Assembly: GCF_009914755.1 (NCBI RefSeq)
Contig: NC_060929.1
Length of the DNA: 64,000 bases
From: the human T2T-CHM13v2.0 reference genome, Homo sapiens
Direction: 5' to 3' (one strand)
Shown: one piece after another, positions 1-16,089 of the stretch
How positions within the stretch are numbered: position 1 is the stretch's first letter
Layout: every line of letters starts with the position of its first letter
Position numbers and translations under genes: made by a program
Notes under the pieces: model-generated
What the model saw: the letters and a program-made list of their open reading frames with translations, nothing else
The model's database searches: none
What the model was told of the DNA's origin: nothing

Positions 1-130
1 TTGGAGAGAGGGAGGGATGCACTACAGAGGACATCAGGAATTTTGGGAGGTGTTGAAAATTTTCTGTATCTTGACTGGATAACTAGCTACAACATGTGAA
101 GCTCAACTCTCTACTGCATACCTAATTTAA
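1..130 (+). mobile_element. Old L1M (L1MC/L1ME-like) 3' UTR fragment
   Basis: ggaattttgggaggtgttgaaaattttctgtatcttgactgg resembles the L1M 3'-end motif ggaaactttgggggtgatggaaatgttctgtatcttgattg. Confidence 0.5.
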
Positions 131-1419
131 TGTGACTTTTGAAATTATAATGAGCCATTACTATTAGGAAGGATCCTCGTTTCTGTTGAATAGGTATTGC
201 ACGTGCTTTACATGCCACACATGCAAGAGTCCGAGTAAGCTGTTCTCATTGCCCTGAAATGGAGGCATACTGCTCCTTTCTTCCTATAATTTTGCTAAAC
301 AGGTGACACTTTTATGTATACACATTCACTTCAGAAATATTCCTAGCATTCTGGTATAATAGATTTCAACTTAATTTTTTCAGATCCTATTGGAATCAGC
401 TCTAGATGATGAGATAATATGAGTGATAATTGTAATCTTTCTAGTTTTACTACTTCCAAGAGTTAACACGAACATATTAATTTTACAGTTACAGAAAAAT
501 AATATATAATGGCTGATCACAGTTAGGAATGTGAACTACTTTTGGATCCTTTCAATGTGAGCGGCCGAGGAGGTTTCTTTTTAGGCACAGATTACTCTTA
601 ATGTGTCATTGATGAGACTCTGGTTTCTGAGTCTAAGGTGGTGGCATCATAATAAGGTCTCTGGTTATTTCATGATGTAGTATACATAATGTTCATATTG
701 ATTTGGTAGCTCAGTGAGTATGAGTTTTCAGGTGGATTGATTAGTGATCTCAGTTACAGAGAACTTGAGAAAGTTGAGTCACATATAATAAAGCAGGGTT
801 CTAGAGGGAAAATCCCAGGATAGCCATAGCAATATTTGGTGTTAGATGAAGGTGAATGTATCATGTGTGTTTCTGCCTTATTCCACCATCTCAGACTCAA
901 ATACCTACTGGTACCTACAGGGATCAAGCAGTAAAAATAAATATATGAATGAACTAGCTGTAACATAATAGAGAGCTGTATGGCCTGTGGTGAACCAGAG
1001 AAATGATACTTTTTAAATGACATTCAAATTTATTGTTTCTATCAAGACTGTGTAGATAGAATTTAATCCACGGTATGTCAATTTACAAGCCCCTGTTACA
1101 CTGCCATAAAAAGGAGTCAAACAATGTAATTCTGTCACACATGTACAATTCATTGACTACTCAGTGCCTTCTCCTACATGCCCATAAGTACTTATAGTAA
1201 AGAACTGTCTCTCTTTGAGCTCATTGTGTCCTCATTATAAAAGTTAGCATAATTATTTATTATTATCAGTTTTAATTTTCATCAATCAACTTTATCTATA
1301 TAGTTATTTACTTATTACAAAATAACTGATCTGATAGGAGATCAAAGGAAGAAAAATTGAGAGTAGATTTTATGCCTAGCAGTCATTTCCTCAACTCCTA
1401 TTTTATAACCAATTGCAAT

Positions 1420-1900
1420 ACATGTAGCTCTGAGCTCTCTGTTCCATTGAAACTGCTCTTTCTAAAAGAATGTATCACTTTTGAATGGAAACATAATGTC
1501 TCTATGAATACACTGATCTTCTAGACTTCTCTGATGCAAGTGAAAATAATGATCACTTTCACTTTTGAATTCCCAACTTCTTGTCATTTGGATTTTGGTT
1601 CAGCCTCCAACATCTAAGCATTACGTATCCCAGGTTCCCTACTGAGACACTTCTGGTTCTCCATATTTAAAATTTGGAGGTTTGATTTCTTCTGAGATCC
1701 CAACTACTATTAATATCCACACTCATGACTCTTAGACACTTGCATCTTAATATGTCAAAAATGTAATGGCTTCACTTCTGCACATCTGTTTACATTTATA
1801 TCACCTGTCTCTATGCAAAGTGGTAAAACCCCATATAATTTAACTGAAGTCAAAAGTAACAGGGTAAACTATGATCTCACCTGCTTGAACTGATTTCACA
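1420..1900 (+). mobile_element. LINE-2 fragment
   Basis: ccattgaaactgctcttt...tcttctagacttctctgatgca...gatcactttc matches the degenerate L2 ORF2 pattern; edges approximate. Confidence 0.5.
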
Positions 1901-3299
1901 TTTTAATTTCATGTATATTTTTGTTGGTTAGCTATTCATATAAGTATATATTTCACATCTTATCTTGAAAAACTACATCTATAGAACTATATTTGATATC
2001 TCTGATTTTAAAAATAGTCAATATTTTTTATTATCCCATATGCATTTTAAAATCTCACATATTTGTTTATTACTAGCCTTAATGCAATACTTTCAAAATA
2101 TTCAGGGCTTTGCATATCCAATATATTTTTAAAACCTTGTTTGTTTTTTTCATTTTATAGATTATATTACATCTTTTAACGAGAATAGTTATAATAATTT
2201 AAAACCTACTGATGAACTACATCACCTTTAATTCTCTAAACTTTTAAGCTAAAGTGTAAGAGTTTAATATCAGTTAAATTCTTTTTCCTGACTTTGGAAT
2301 AACTAACTTTCATAGGTATGGAAAAAGCAAAGAAAACTAGGTTAATAAAAATACTACAGGACTGTTTCTATCTTAAACCACTTGTGATATTCATCGTCCT
2401 TTTGTCCTAAGAAATGGAGTAACCGCTCAAACTTCAAAGTACATGTGTCAATAAAGAAGACATTTCCAAGTAAGATAGAAACTGCTCCTTACCTACGTTT
2501 GATCTCACCTACTCACACACAGGTCTTAGAAGCCAAATGTGAATGTTAAAAATCACCCATCACAGATTTATGCATGAAAATAAATTTGAAATCAGACAGC
2601 CTTGCCCACTGCTTATATGTGGATGTCTGACTTTGATATACAATAAACTCCTTACAATATTTCCATACATTTTCTATTGTAAACCAATTCTATACAGCAG
2701 AAAAATAACTTTTAAAGCTCCACAGCTTATGAGGCATTTCTAAAATAGAAAATGAAGATCTAGAAATGTTTCAAAACACTACACTGAAAACAATGAACCC
2801 TAGGTATCAAATTTACATAGTTGATGTCAAGGTGTATAGACCTTGGAAGATATTTTTGCATGAGGTCAGAGATAAGATCAATCAGGGAATGTAGAGTTAA
2901 GCAAAAATGTGCTTCTGAGAAAAGAACCATAAAGCTAGTTAAGAAGCCTGAGTAGAAAATTATTCCTACAGTTATTTGAACCATGTTATGACACCAGTGC
3001 AACTAAAGACTACAAGGAGATCTGCTCTTTTGGGCACCTCGAAGTTTTTAATGCTTGGAAATATGATGCAACAACAGCCCACTTCAGATGTGTTCTGGGG
3101 GTGATGTGAATGAGCAGAGACGGCTGGTGGAAAACATTAGAAAACCAATGGTCATGTCGCTGCGCTGTGGAAATGTCTTGTGGGTAAACATGGAAAGAAT
3201 GAGTAATCACCAGTCCTTGTAAATTATGGACTTATTAGCAAGAACACAAAATAATATGCTAATATCTGCCAAAAATAAGTGGATACAAAGTCTATGAAA

Positions 3300-3530
3300 T
3301 AAAGGGAATAGACTAAGTATGTTTTTCAGAGATATTCATTGCTTTCTTGGTAACAGCAAAATCTTGGAAACCAAAATCTTCATTAAAAGAAGAGTGGTTA
3401 GGTTAATGATGAGTTAATAAAGAGACTATTCTCCATTGCCAGTTTAAAAAAAATGTACCTTGGTATGAAACACTCTTTAATATATGTTTTAAGTAAAAAA
3501 TTAATTTATAAAGCTTTACAAAAATCACAT
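3300..3530 (+). mobile_element. Old L1M 3' fragment
   Basis: atattcattgc...taacagcaaaatcttggaaacc...cattaaaagaagagtggtta resembles the L1M ORF2 end/3' UTR. Confidence 0.45.
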
Positions 3531-3534
3531 TTAT

Positions 3535-3602
3535 ATATATGTGGGTGTGTGTATGTGTGTGTATCTATCTCTCTATCTCTCTATCTATCTATCTATCTAT
3601 CT
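3535..3602. repeat. Compound microsatellite (TA/TG)n-(TCTA)n
   Basis: Seen directly in the sequence. Confidence 0.9.
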
Positions 3603-3712
3603 GGCATATGTATTGATATAGATTGGATAGTTGTCCCTTACCAAATCGCATGTTGAATTGTAATCCCCAGTCCTGGAGGTGGGGTCTGGTGGGAGGTGTT
3701 TGGGTAACAGGG

Positions 3713-6174
<2,462 letters not shown>

Positions 6175-6819
6175 GGGTGGATCTCTAATGCCTCAGTGCT
6201 GTCTTTGCAATAGAGTGTTCTTGTGAAATCTGGTCGTTTAACAGTGTGTGGCACCCCCTCCCATTCTCTCTCTCACTTGTCCCTGTTTTCACCATATGGC
6301 ATGCCTGCACCCTCTTCACCTTTTGCCATGATTATAAGCTTCCCGAGGCCTCTCTAGAGGAGGAGCAGATGCCAGCACTACGTTTTCTGTAAAGTCTGCG
6401 GAACTGTCAACCAGTTAAAACTTTTTTTCTTTTTAAATTGCCCAATCTTGGATATTTCTTTATAGCAATGCAGGAATGTCCTAATACAGAAAATCTTATC
6501 AAGGATTGGGGCATTGCAATAATGGTATTTGACAATGTGGAAGCAACTTTGGAACGGGTTGAAAGAGTTTTGAGAACTCAGAAGAAGATAGGAAGATGAG
6601 GGAAAGTTAAATGGTTGTAACCAAAATGTTAATTATGATATGGACAGTAAAGTCCCAGTTGATGAGGTCTCAAATGGAAATGAGGAACTTATTGGGAACT
6701 GGAGCCAACATCACACGTGTTATGCCTTAGTAAAAAATGTGGCTGTATTGTGTCAATGCCCTAGAGATCTGTGACAGTTTGAACTTGGGAGTGCTGGCCT
6801 AGGGTATCTGGTGAAATAA

Positions 6820-7141
<322 letters not shown>

Positions 7142-8949
7142 AGAAATTTCTAAGCAGCAAAGTGTTAGTGTTCAAGATGTGTCATGGCTGCTTCTAACAA
7201 CCTAAATCCAGATGCCGGAGCAAAGAAATAACTTAAAATTAAAATTTATACTCAACATATAAAGAGTATAAAAGTTTGGAATATTCGTAGCCTAGCCATG
7301 TAGCAGAAGAAAAAAAAAAATCTTTTTTGCAAGAAGAATTCAAGCAGGCTATGGAGCAACCACTTGCTAGAGACTATTTGTATAACTAAAAGAGAGCCAA
7401 GTGCTAATATACAAGACAATGGGGAAAAGGCCTCAAAAGCATTTCAGAGACCTTCACAGCAGCCCTTCCTATCACAGGCTCAGAAGCCAAGGTGGAAAGA
7501 ATGGGTTTGTAAGTCAGGTTCAGGGCTATGCTGCCCTGGCAACCTTGCAACACTGCTCCCCCATCTCAGCTGCTGTAGCTCCAACTCCAGCCAGGGTTCA
7601 AAGGGGCCCAGGTACAAGTCAAGCTGCCACTTTGGAGAATGCAAGCCTTATGCCTTGGTGGCTTCAACGTGGCATTAAGCCTGCAGGTGCACAGAGTGCA
7701 AGAGTGGTGGATTCTGGGCAGCCTTCACCTAGATTTCAGAGGATATATAAGAAGACCTGGGTGTCCATGCACAAGCTAGCTACAGGGACAGAGTCCCCAG
7801 AGAGAAGCTCTACTAGGGTAGTGACAAGGGGAAATGTGGGGTTGAAGCTCCCACACAGGATCCCTATTAGGGCACTTCCTAGTGGAGCTGTGAGAAGGGG
7901 GCCACTGTCATCTGGATCTGAAAAATATAGAGCCACTGGCAGCCAGCATCTTGCATCTGGAAAAGTTGAAGGCACTCAACCACTTGTGAGAGAAGCTACA
8001 GGGGCTATACCCTGTGGAGCCACAAGGATAGAACTGCCCAAGGCCTTGGGAGCCCACCCCTAGCACCAGAGTGCCCTGAATATGAACATGGAGTCAAAAG
8101 AGATTATTTTGGAGCTTTAAGATTTAATGACTGCCCTTCTGGGTTTTGAACTTGCATGGAACCCATAGCCTCTTTCTTTTGGGTGATTTCTCCATTTTAT
8201 AATGGGAATGTTTACCCAATACCTGTACCCCCATTGTATCTTGGAAATAAATGATGTATTTTTGATGTTACAGGCTCATAGATAGAAGGGACTTGCCTTG
8301 TCTCAGATGAGACTTCGGAATTTTGAGTTAATGCTGGAATGAGTAGAGATCTTGAGAGACTGTTGCGAAGGCATGATGGTGTTTTGCAGTTTGACAAGGG
8401 CATGAGATCTGGGAGATATCATTGGCCAGAATGATAGAGTCTGAATGTTTGTCTTTGCCCAAATCTCATGTTGAATTATAATCCCCATTACTGCAGGTGG
8501 GACCTGGTGGGAGGTGTTTGGGTCATGGGAGCAGATCCTTCATTGCTTGATGGTGTCTTTGTGATAGTGAGTTCTCAAAGATCTGGTCATTTAAAAGTGT
8601 GTGGCTCCTGCCCCGCCCTTCTCTCTCTCACTTGTTTTTGCTTTTACCAAGTGATGTGCCTCTTCCCCCTTTGCCTTCTGCCATGATTATAAGCAAACTG
8701 AGGCCTCCCTATAACCTGAACAGACGTCAGCACCATGCTTTCTATAAAGGCTGCAGAACCATGAACCCATTAAACCTCTTTCCTTATAAATTGCCAAGTC
8801 TCAGGTATTTATTTACAGCAATGCAAGAATGGCCTAATACCTGCACATAACATTTTGTAAGGTTGAAAATGAATATTGTATGCACACGCACAGACACACA
8901 AACACCCATATATACACACACATACTTGCCTGTATGTGTGCATGTATGA

Positions 8950-10215
8950 TTTTTAAAGATAAACCACCCAATTAAAAATGGACAAAAACTTGAAAGATAC
9001 TTCTCAAAAGAACCTATACGTATTGCCAACAAGTATATAAAAAGATAATAACATAATTATCACAGTAAATGTGTATTAAAGCCACAGTAGAGAAAGATTA
9101 CTTGCCCAATGACATGGCAAAAATGCAAAAGTAAGACAATCCTAAATGTTAGCAAGAATGTGGAGGAAATCTGTACTATAATATAGACTATGGGAGTGTA
9201 AAATTGTTTAGTAACTTTGCACAATAGTTAGCTATTAATTAGAAAGTTAAAATTATACCTGCTGCCGTAATTTGGATGTTTGTTCCCTTCAAACCTCATG
9301 TTGAAATTTTATCCCCAATGTTGGAGATAGGACCTAATGAGAAGTCTTAGAAGTGGATCCCTGAAGGACAGATTAATGTCCTCCCTTGAGGGGAGGGTGT
9401 CGGGTGAGTTCTTGTTCTATTAGTTCCTATAAGAACTGGTTGTTAAAAATAAACTGGCATGTAACCTCTCACTCTTTGTAGCTTCTTTCATCTTGGGATC
9501 TCTGCATACACCAGGTTCTTTTCACTTTCTGTATAAGTGAAAGCAGTGTGAGGCCCTCACCAAAAGCATATGCTAGCAACATATGTTTCTTGTACACCTT
9601 ATATAACTATGCACCAAATAAACCCATTTTCTTTATAAATTACACAGCTTCATGTATTTGTATAGCAGCACAAATGAACTAATACACCTACTTTATTATT
9701 TATGATAATTTCACTCTTATTTACATAAAAATATGAAAAACTATGCCATACATACACAAAAATTTATATAAGAATGTTCAAATAATTCTTACTAAAAATT
9801 CAAATATCTGAAATATTCCAGATGTCCATCAAATACCACATAACGATGGTGATATTTCCATAAAAGGGAATGTTATTCAGCAACAAAACAAAACAAATTT
9901 CTTGTACATGCACAAATGTGAGTAGATCTCAAAAAATATGTAATGAAAGGCATTGTACACAAAAATGTATGTATTCTATTTATATGAAGTTTTATTATAG
10001 GTGAAACTTTTTTTTTGGAAAAAAGAGAAAACTAGTTTACTGGTCTGGGGGAGGACATTCAAGGGATCGAGTGAAAAAGAAAAATAATTTTCTGGGGTGA
10101 TGGAAATGGTGAATTGTCTAATAGTTGTTTTGGATTATAACGGGTGTTCATTTGTCAAAATGATCAAGTCATACACTTAAGATAATATGTTTTATGTAGT
10201 AAATCATACCTCAGA
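8950..10215 (+). mobile_element. Old L1M (L1MC/ME-like) ORF2 end and 3' UTR, interrupted by an MST-type LTR
   Basis: aaccacccaattaaaaatggacaaaaacttgaaagatacttctcaaaaga...ttctggggtgatggaaatg...aaatcatacctcag. Confidence 0.75.
9263..9686 (+). mobile_element. Solo MaLR LTR (MSTC/MSTD-like)
   Basis: tgccgtaatttggatgtttgttccc...gaactaataca; TSD CCTGC/CCTAC. Confidence 0.85.
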
Positions 10216-10389
10216 TACATTTGTGTCTATATCTGTGTTTGTGTATATGTTAAAAAGGGGTAAACAGACATGGCAGGTTCCTCTCAAAATATTCAAATGA
10301 CTACCAAATAGCAAATGGTATACCTACCATTTTCACATTTCATTCTATGTTCAGATTAAACAATTACTAAAAAAAAGTTGAATCCTAAT

Positions 10390-10592
10390 TAGTACTATGT
10401 ATGCTGAATTATTGGAGAGAAGTGTATTCATGTCTCTAACTGCCTTACAAAAATATAAGATGGATAGATAGAGTGATACATGATAAGTTGTATGTTATTG
10501 GTAGAATCTAAGTGGTGAGTGTACTGGTGTTCACTGTACAAATATTGCAACTTTTCTGCTTGCTTCAGTAACTTCATAATAATACACTTGGG
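10390..10592 (+). mobile_element. L1ME-like 3' end fragment
   Basis: gtagaatctaagtggtgagtgtactggtgttcactgtacaaatattgcaacttttctg is a typical L1ME terminal motif. Confidence 0.65.
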
Positions 10593-12099
10593 TAATCAGA
10601 GCTTACCATGAGCAGAACTTGGAGGGTTTGTTTCAGTGGTCCTCCCCGGCCCTTTGTCTTCCCTCCCTCCCTCAGAGTAGACCGCCACTTCTTAGGCCTA
10701 CGGTGCCTAAAGACTATCTTTCAGTGTTTCCTCCCTCTTCAGAAGGAAGCAGGACCCACCCACCACCTTTCCTTCATAGAGTGTCACTCTGAGCTCCCCT
10801 TGCTTCCCCAGCCAATAGTTGCCACTGACTTGTACTTAATGAGAAAATGGTGTTCCTGGAGGATTTCTTTTAGTGCTCGCCAACAGAAAAGTAGAAATGA
10901 AAAGCATTGTAAATGTAAGCATTTATATTGTGCATCAAGCATCATCAAGGTGAACACGTGGGGAAAAGAGTAGCACATAATATGCTCTTTTGAGGCCAGG
11001 AGGAAATAACTGATGGTGTTTGTTAGGTATATCTTTTGTCTGTTCATTTTTTTCCTTTGTGTAACCTATTAAATATTTCTCTTTTGTCCTCCTTTTTCAG
11101 ACATATGATGTTTGCACATAGAGAGTACTTGAACAAGGAAAGCTTGCTGGGTTTGGAACAGATTCTAGATTGTGAATGTGAGACCAAAACCTACTCTGAA
11201 ATACCAACATACTGAATTTCACTTCATGTTTTTCTCTCTAAACATATAATCTAAAGATATGTTGTTTATGTTAGTTTTTGATAATTCAGGTGTAGATAAA
11301 AGGGCTGGTCACAGTCTAGAATATAATACATTTAATCTCTATAAAATGCTGTGTTTTTTTTTCTTTGCAAATATATGATACATTTGAAAACAGGAAATTT
11401 GAATTATAATTAATCACCAGACTCCGTTTATATTCAACTCCTACCATCTAAAAACAACTAAACTTTCCTTCAGGACCAATATATCTCTACTTCTCAGAAG
11501 TATGGGGTTATCTCATTCTTAGCTGTGATAAAATGGCTTTGTTTAATTGCCTCGAGCTTTATAAATTTCAAGAAAAATATTGTCATTCATGCTGTGCTCT
11601 TTCTCTTAAAATAATTCAAAATTGACAGAGTATTTTGGCAATCTATTCATTATATTGGACAATAAAGCACATGGGTTAACATTTTAAAATGTCAAACGCT
11701 TTTGCTTAATTGAACTGGTTTTTTCTAAGATGTTAGTATGCAATATCAATAAATGAAAAATACAATTTTGACCTTCCAAATGGTCAAATTAACATTTAAA
11801 ATAAATCTATACATATTGAGACATGACTTATTTTTCTTTGAAATATTATATTACTTTTCAATTCATGGAGGATTAAATAATGATATTGAAAGGACAAAAT
11901 GAAAATAAAAGAGATAATTCAATTTGTACCTCGATATTGAAATTGCAATTCCTGGTTTACTTTTCAACATACAATCATATTCCTCGGACGCAAAAAAAAA
12001 GTTTGACAATATGTCATTAAAAAGTCACTGATTTGTTGATACTACGCAGTCCCATGACTTTTTATTTTGTCAGTGAGTAGCACGTTAGAAATATGAATT

Positions 12100-12225
12100 A
12101 TTTTTGTCCTCACGACAACTCTATGAGTGAGTTCTTCCAGAAATTGAGGCACACAACGTTTAAGAAACTCTTTCAAGATTCACAGCTAGAGAGTGGTAGA
12201 ATGGAGTCTTACTCTTAAGTATTGT
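12100..12225 (-). mobile_element. MIR fragment
   Basis: tcctcacgacaactctatgag...gaaattgaggcac...cacagctagagagtggtaga matches the reverse MIR core. Confidence 0.7.
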
Positions 12226-13085
12226 CAATATAGAATTGTCACATATGTATACATTTTAAAATAATTTTAAGGCTTTCTGCTCTTTAACAGCTCTACACAT
12301 ACACACACAGCATATATAGAATTGAATAAGTATATACGTAAGTGTATGGCACACATATTTTGTGATTCCACAGCTCTTTGGTTGATGCAATTACTCAATA
12401 CAAGCAATTTTCCCTTTTGCTACCCTTGATCCTCCTAACTCCTAAGGAGAATTAATGCATCTTATGAGTATTTATTTATTGTCTGCAACTACATATGGAA
12501 TATATGTTAACTACAAAACTGCTCACTGTGTTGCCTTCTGAGCCTCTCTCTCCTCTCTCCTCCCCTCCCCGAAAAATCTCAGATTCTGAAGTGAGAAATT
12601 AAGAATACTGCGGTTGTCATTCTGTTTGGGTCAATATATTGGGCCTTCTTTGAAGCCAAAACTACTTCTGGAGTTCTCAACCATGTAAAGATATAGATTT
12701 ATTTTTTAACACAGTTATAACATAATTTTATATTATTTGTAGCATACACTTGCTAACTGAAGCATTGTTTATTTTCTTTATTAATGTGAGGTATCTATTA
12801 TACTGAATCATATTATTATGTTTCTGTCACCATTGCTTATAATAATTCCTGACCATCGTAGTCTTTAGATACTTAAAATACTTGAAAAACAGGATTAGAT
12901 ATAATTTATCAATAAGGTTTTAAAAATCTCACTTTATAAAATATACATTGATAACCCACAGTAATTAATAATCTAAGAAGAGCGCAATCTCAGTGCCCAG
13001 ACCTCTGAAATTAAGCTCACTGATCTCAGTCAATATAACATACTTTGTAACTTGACATCAATAAACTAATGCTGAATAGAAATAA

Positions 13086-13453
<368 letters not shown>

Positions 13454-13930
13454 AAACTAAAGTCAACATAGTTTTAGTTTCCAAAATGACAAACTTATTT
13501 CTGATCCTGGGGACTTGAATATAGCTTTTGGGATGGGGACAGTATAGAGGAATGTTAGAATGTTCACTGTTGGATCACAGAGGCCAAATGAATATATCCC
13601 CACTGTCCAAACGTTCCCTATAGTCCCAAGAGACAGGCTTCCTCCTTTTTCCTTTGAGATGCAGTCTTCATGTGCATAAAGTGCATTACTTCCCTACCCT
13701 TTTTTCAATGCCACATTTGTCTCAAGCAGATGTGCACATATTGGATCCAAGCATAGGAGTTTCCAAAGAGCTACAAATAGCTTAGATGTCTCAGTGATCT
13801 AAACAGCACACAATCACGGCCTTGAGTAATACAGATTTATTGCAATTAAGGAAAGAAAAAAAAAACCCAGAAAACAACTTATATGTATCAGCCTGATGGT
13901 GAGCTTCCTGGTATCAGAAACATTGTATCT

Positions 13931-14157
13931 TTTTTTTTTCTCTGCCTCCTGTGTTGAAGTGATTCTCCTGCCTCAGCCTCCCGAGTTGCTGGGAGTACAG
14001 GTGCCCATCACTTTGCCCGGCTAATTTTTGTATTTTTAGTAGAGACAGGGTTTTGCCATATTGGCCAGGCTGGTCTCCAACTCCTGACCTTAAATGATCT
14101 GCCCGACTCGGGCTCCCAAAGTGCCGGGATTACAGGCGTGAGCCACCGTGTCCAGCC
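13931..14157 (-). mobile_element. AluS lacking the last ~65 nt of the right arm
   Basis: Poly-T joins directly to ctctgcctcc; TSD AGAAACATTGTATCT (13916-13930) / AGAAATATTGAATCT (14158-14172). Confidence 0.9.
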
Positions 14158-14357
14158 AGAAATATTGAATCTTATTATTCTATAATATTTCAAGTGTTCA
14201 GTTCTGCCCTTTTTGGGGAAAAAATGCATTGACTCTTACGGGACCAGCATTTGCTTTTTTCCTTTGGAATCGAATTATCCTTTACTACATGCAGACATGT
14301 TAGGACAATTAATTAAATTTCTGCACTTCTTAGGCCAAGTGAGGTAGAAAAGGATTT

Positions 14358-14950
14358 ATTTTTAAGTTTTTGTTGTGATAGAATGTACATAATATGAAAA
14401 GTATCATCTTAACCATTTTAAGTTGCAGTTCAGTAACATTAGTACGTTCACATTATTTTGTGTAATCCTCACCACTGTGTGTCTTCAGAACTTTTTTTGT
14501 CATCCCAAGCTGGAACTCTGTAGCCAGAGTTCTGTAAACAATAACTTCCCATTTCTGCTTCCTGCCACCCCTGGTAACCAATATTCTACTTTCTTTCTCT
14601 ATGAATTAAACTATTCTAGGTACTACACATAAGTGGAAACCTACAATATTTGAGCTTTCGTGTCTGGTAATTTCACTTAACATAATGTCTTCATGGTTCA
14701 TCCATGTTGTAGCATGTATGTGAATTTCACTCCTTTTTAAGGCTGAATGATTTTCAATTGTACGCATATATCACATTTTGTTTATTCATCCGTTCAAGGA
14801 CATTTGGGTTCTTTCTGCCTTTTGCCTATTGCGATGAATGGTGCTGTGAACATAGATGTACAATGTTCTATGAACATTATTGTAGAACTATCTATACTGT
14901 TTTAAAATAAATATTTCTGTTTTGAATTCACTTGGATATATTCCTCAAAT
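14358..14950 (-). mobile_element. L1MB-like 3' end
   Basis: catcttaaccattttaagttgcagttcagtaacattagtacgttcaca...catggttcatccatgttgtagcatgt. Confidence 0.85.
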
Positions 14951-15239
14951 TCATTTTATAGTAAATTATCTTTTTTTTACTTCTATCATCTTCACTCTAA
15001 GCCACAAAATGAAATAAATAGATAATGACAACTAATTAATCTTGAGTTATCTTTTGCTTTTCTTCGCTGTTATTGTTATATGTGTGTGTTTTAGAAATGC
15101 TAATCATATAACAGTATTTCTGAAGCATGTGTTACTATTAGGTACAAAACACTTTCAAAAAAAAAGATTGCCATTATATATTTTTTCTCTTTAAAATGTA
15201 TGGAAAATTCAGATGGACAGATTTAATTACTAAAGCTCT

Positions 15240-15241
<2 letters not shown>

Positions 15242-15275
<34 letters not shown>

Positions 15276-15555
15276 CACACACACACCCCACATTTATTTC
15301 ACATGTAACCTTTCAGTAATGTAGATCAGTGGTCAGAAACTGTGAAATTTTTCTAATTAAATTGGGCCAGTTCATTTTGCAGTTGTAGATTGAAGCAGGT
15401 TAAAAAATACTCTCACCTAGCAATCCATAGTTTTCTATTTCTATTGCTGTTTGTTGGGTCCTCTTACCAAGAAAATTGTTAGTGAGAGTGCCATGCCAAA
15501 GAAGAGACCCCTTCTTTCACAATTAGGAATTTTTAAGTCAATTTCACAATTAGAC
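15242..15555 (-). other. Probable SVA 3'-transduced segment: 280 bp (15276-15555) plus second poly(A) (T34 on +, 15242-15275)
   Basis: Lies between two poly-T tracts. TTTATT at 15293-15298 is AATAAA on the minus strand, 17 nt before the pure A34 tail. Confidence 0.75.
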
Positions 15556-16089
15556 TTTTTTTTTTTTTTTTTTTTTTTTAATTTTTTTTTTATTGATAAT
15601 TCTTGGGTGTTTCTCACAGAGGGGGATTTGGCAGGGTCATGGGACAATAGTGGAGGGAAGGTCAGCAGATAAACAAGTGAACAAAGGTCTCTGGTTTTCC
15701 TAGGCAGAGGACCCTGCGGCCTTCCGCAGTGTTTGTGTCCCTGATTACTTGAGATTAGGGATTGGTGATGACTCTTAACGAGCATGCTGCCTTCAAGCAT
15801 CTGTTTAACAAAGCACATCTTGCACCGCCCTTAATCCATTTAACCCTGAGTGGACACAGCACATGTTTCAGAGAGCACAGGGTTGGGGGTAAGGTCACAG
15901 ATCAACAGGATCCCAAGGCAGAGGAATTTTTCTTAGTGCAGAACAAAATGAAAAGTCTCCCATGTCTACTTCTTTCTACACAGACACGGCAACCATCCGA
16001 TTTCTCAATCTTTTCCCCACCTTTCCCGCCTTTCTATTCCACAAAGCCGCCATTGTCATCCTGGCCCGTTCTCAATGAGCTGTTGGGCA

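Noticed and set aside
10608-10973. 121-aa ATG-initiated ORF in non-repeat DNA
   Set aside because: No recognisable homology, domain or promoter context; the length is compatible with chance
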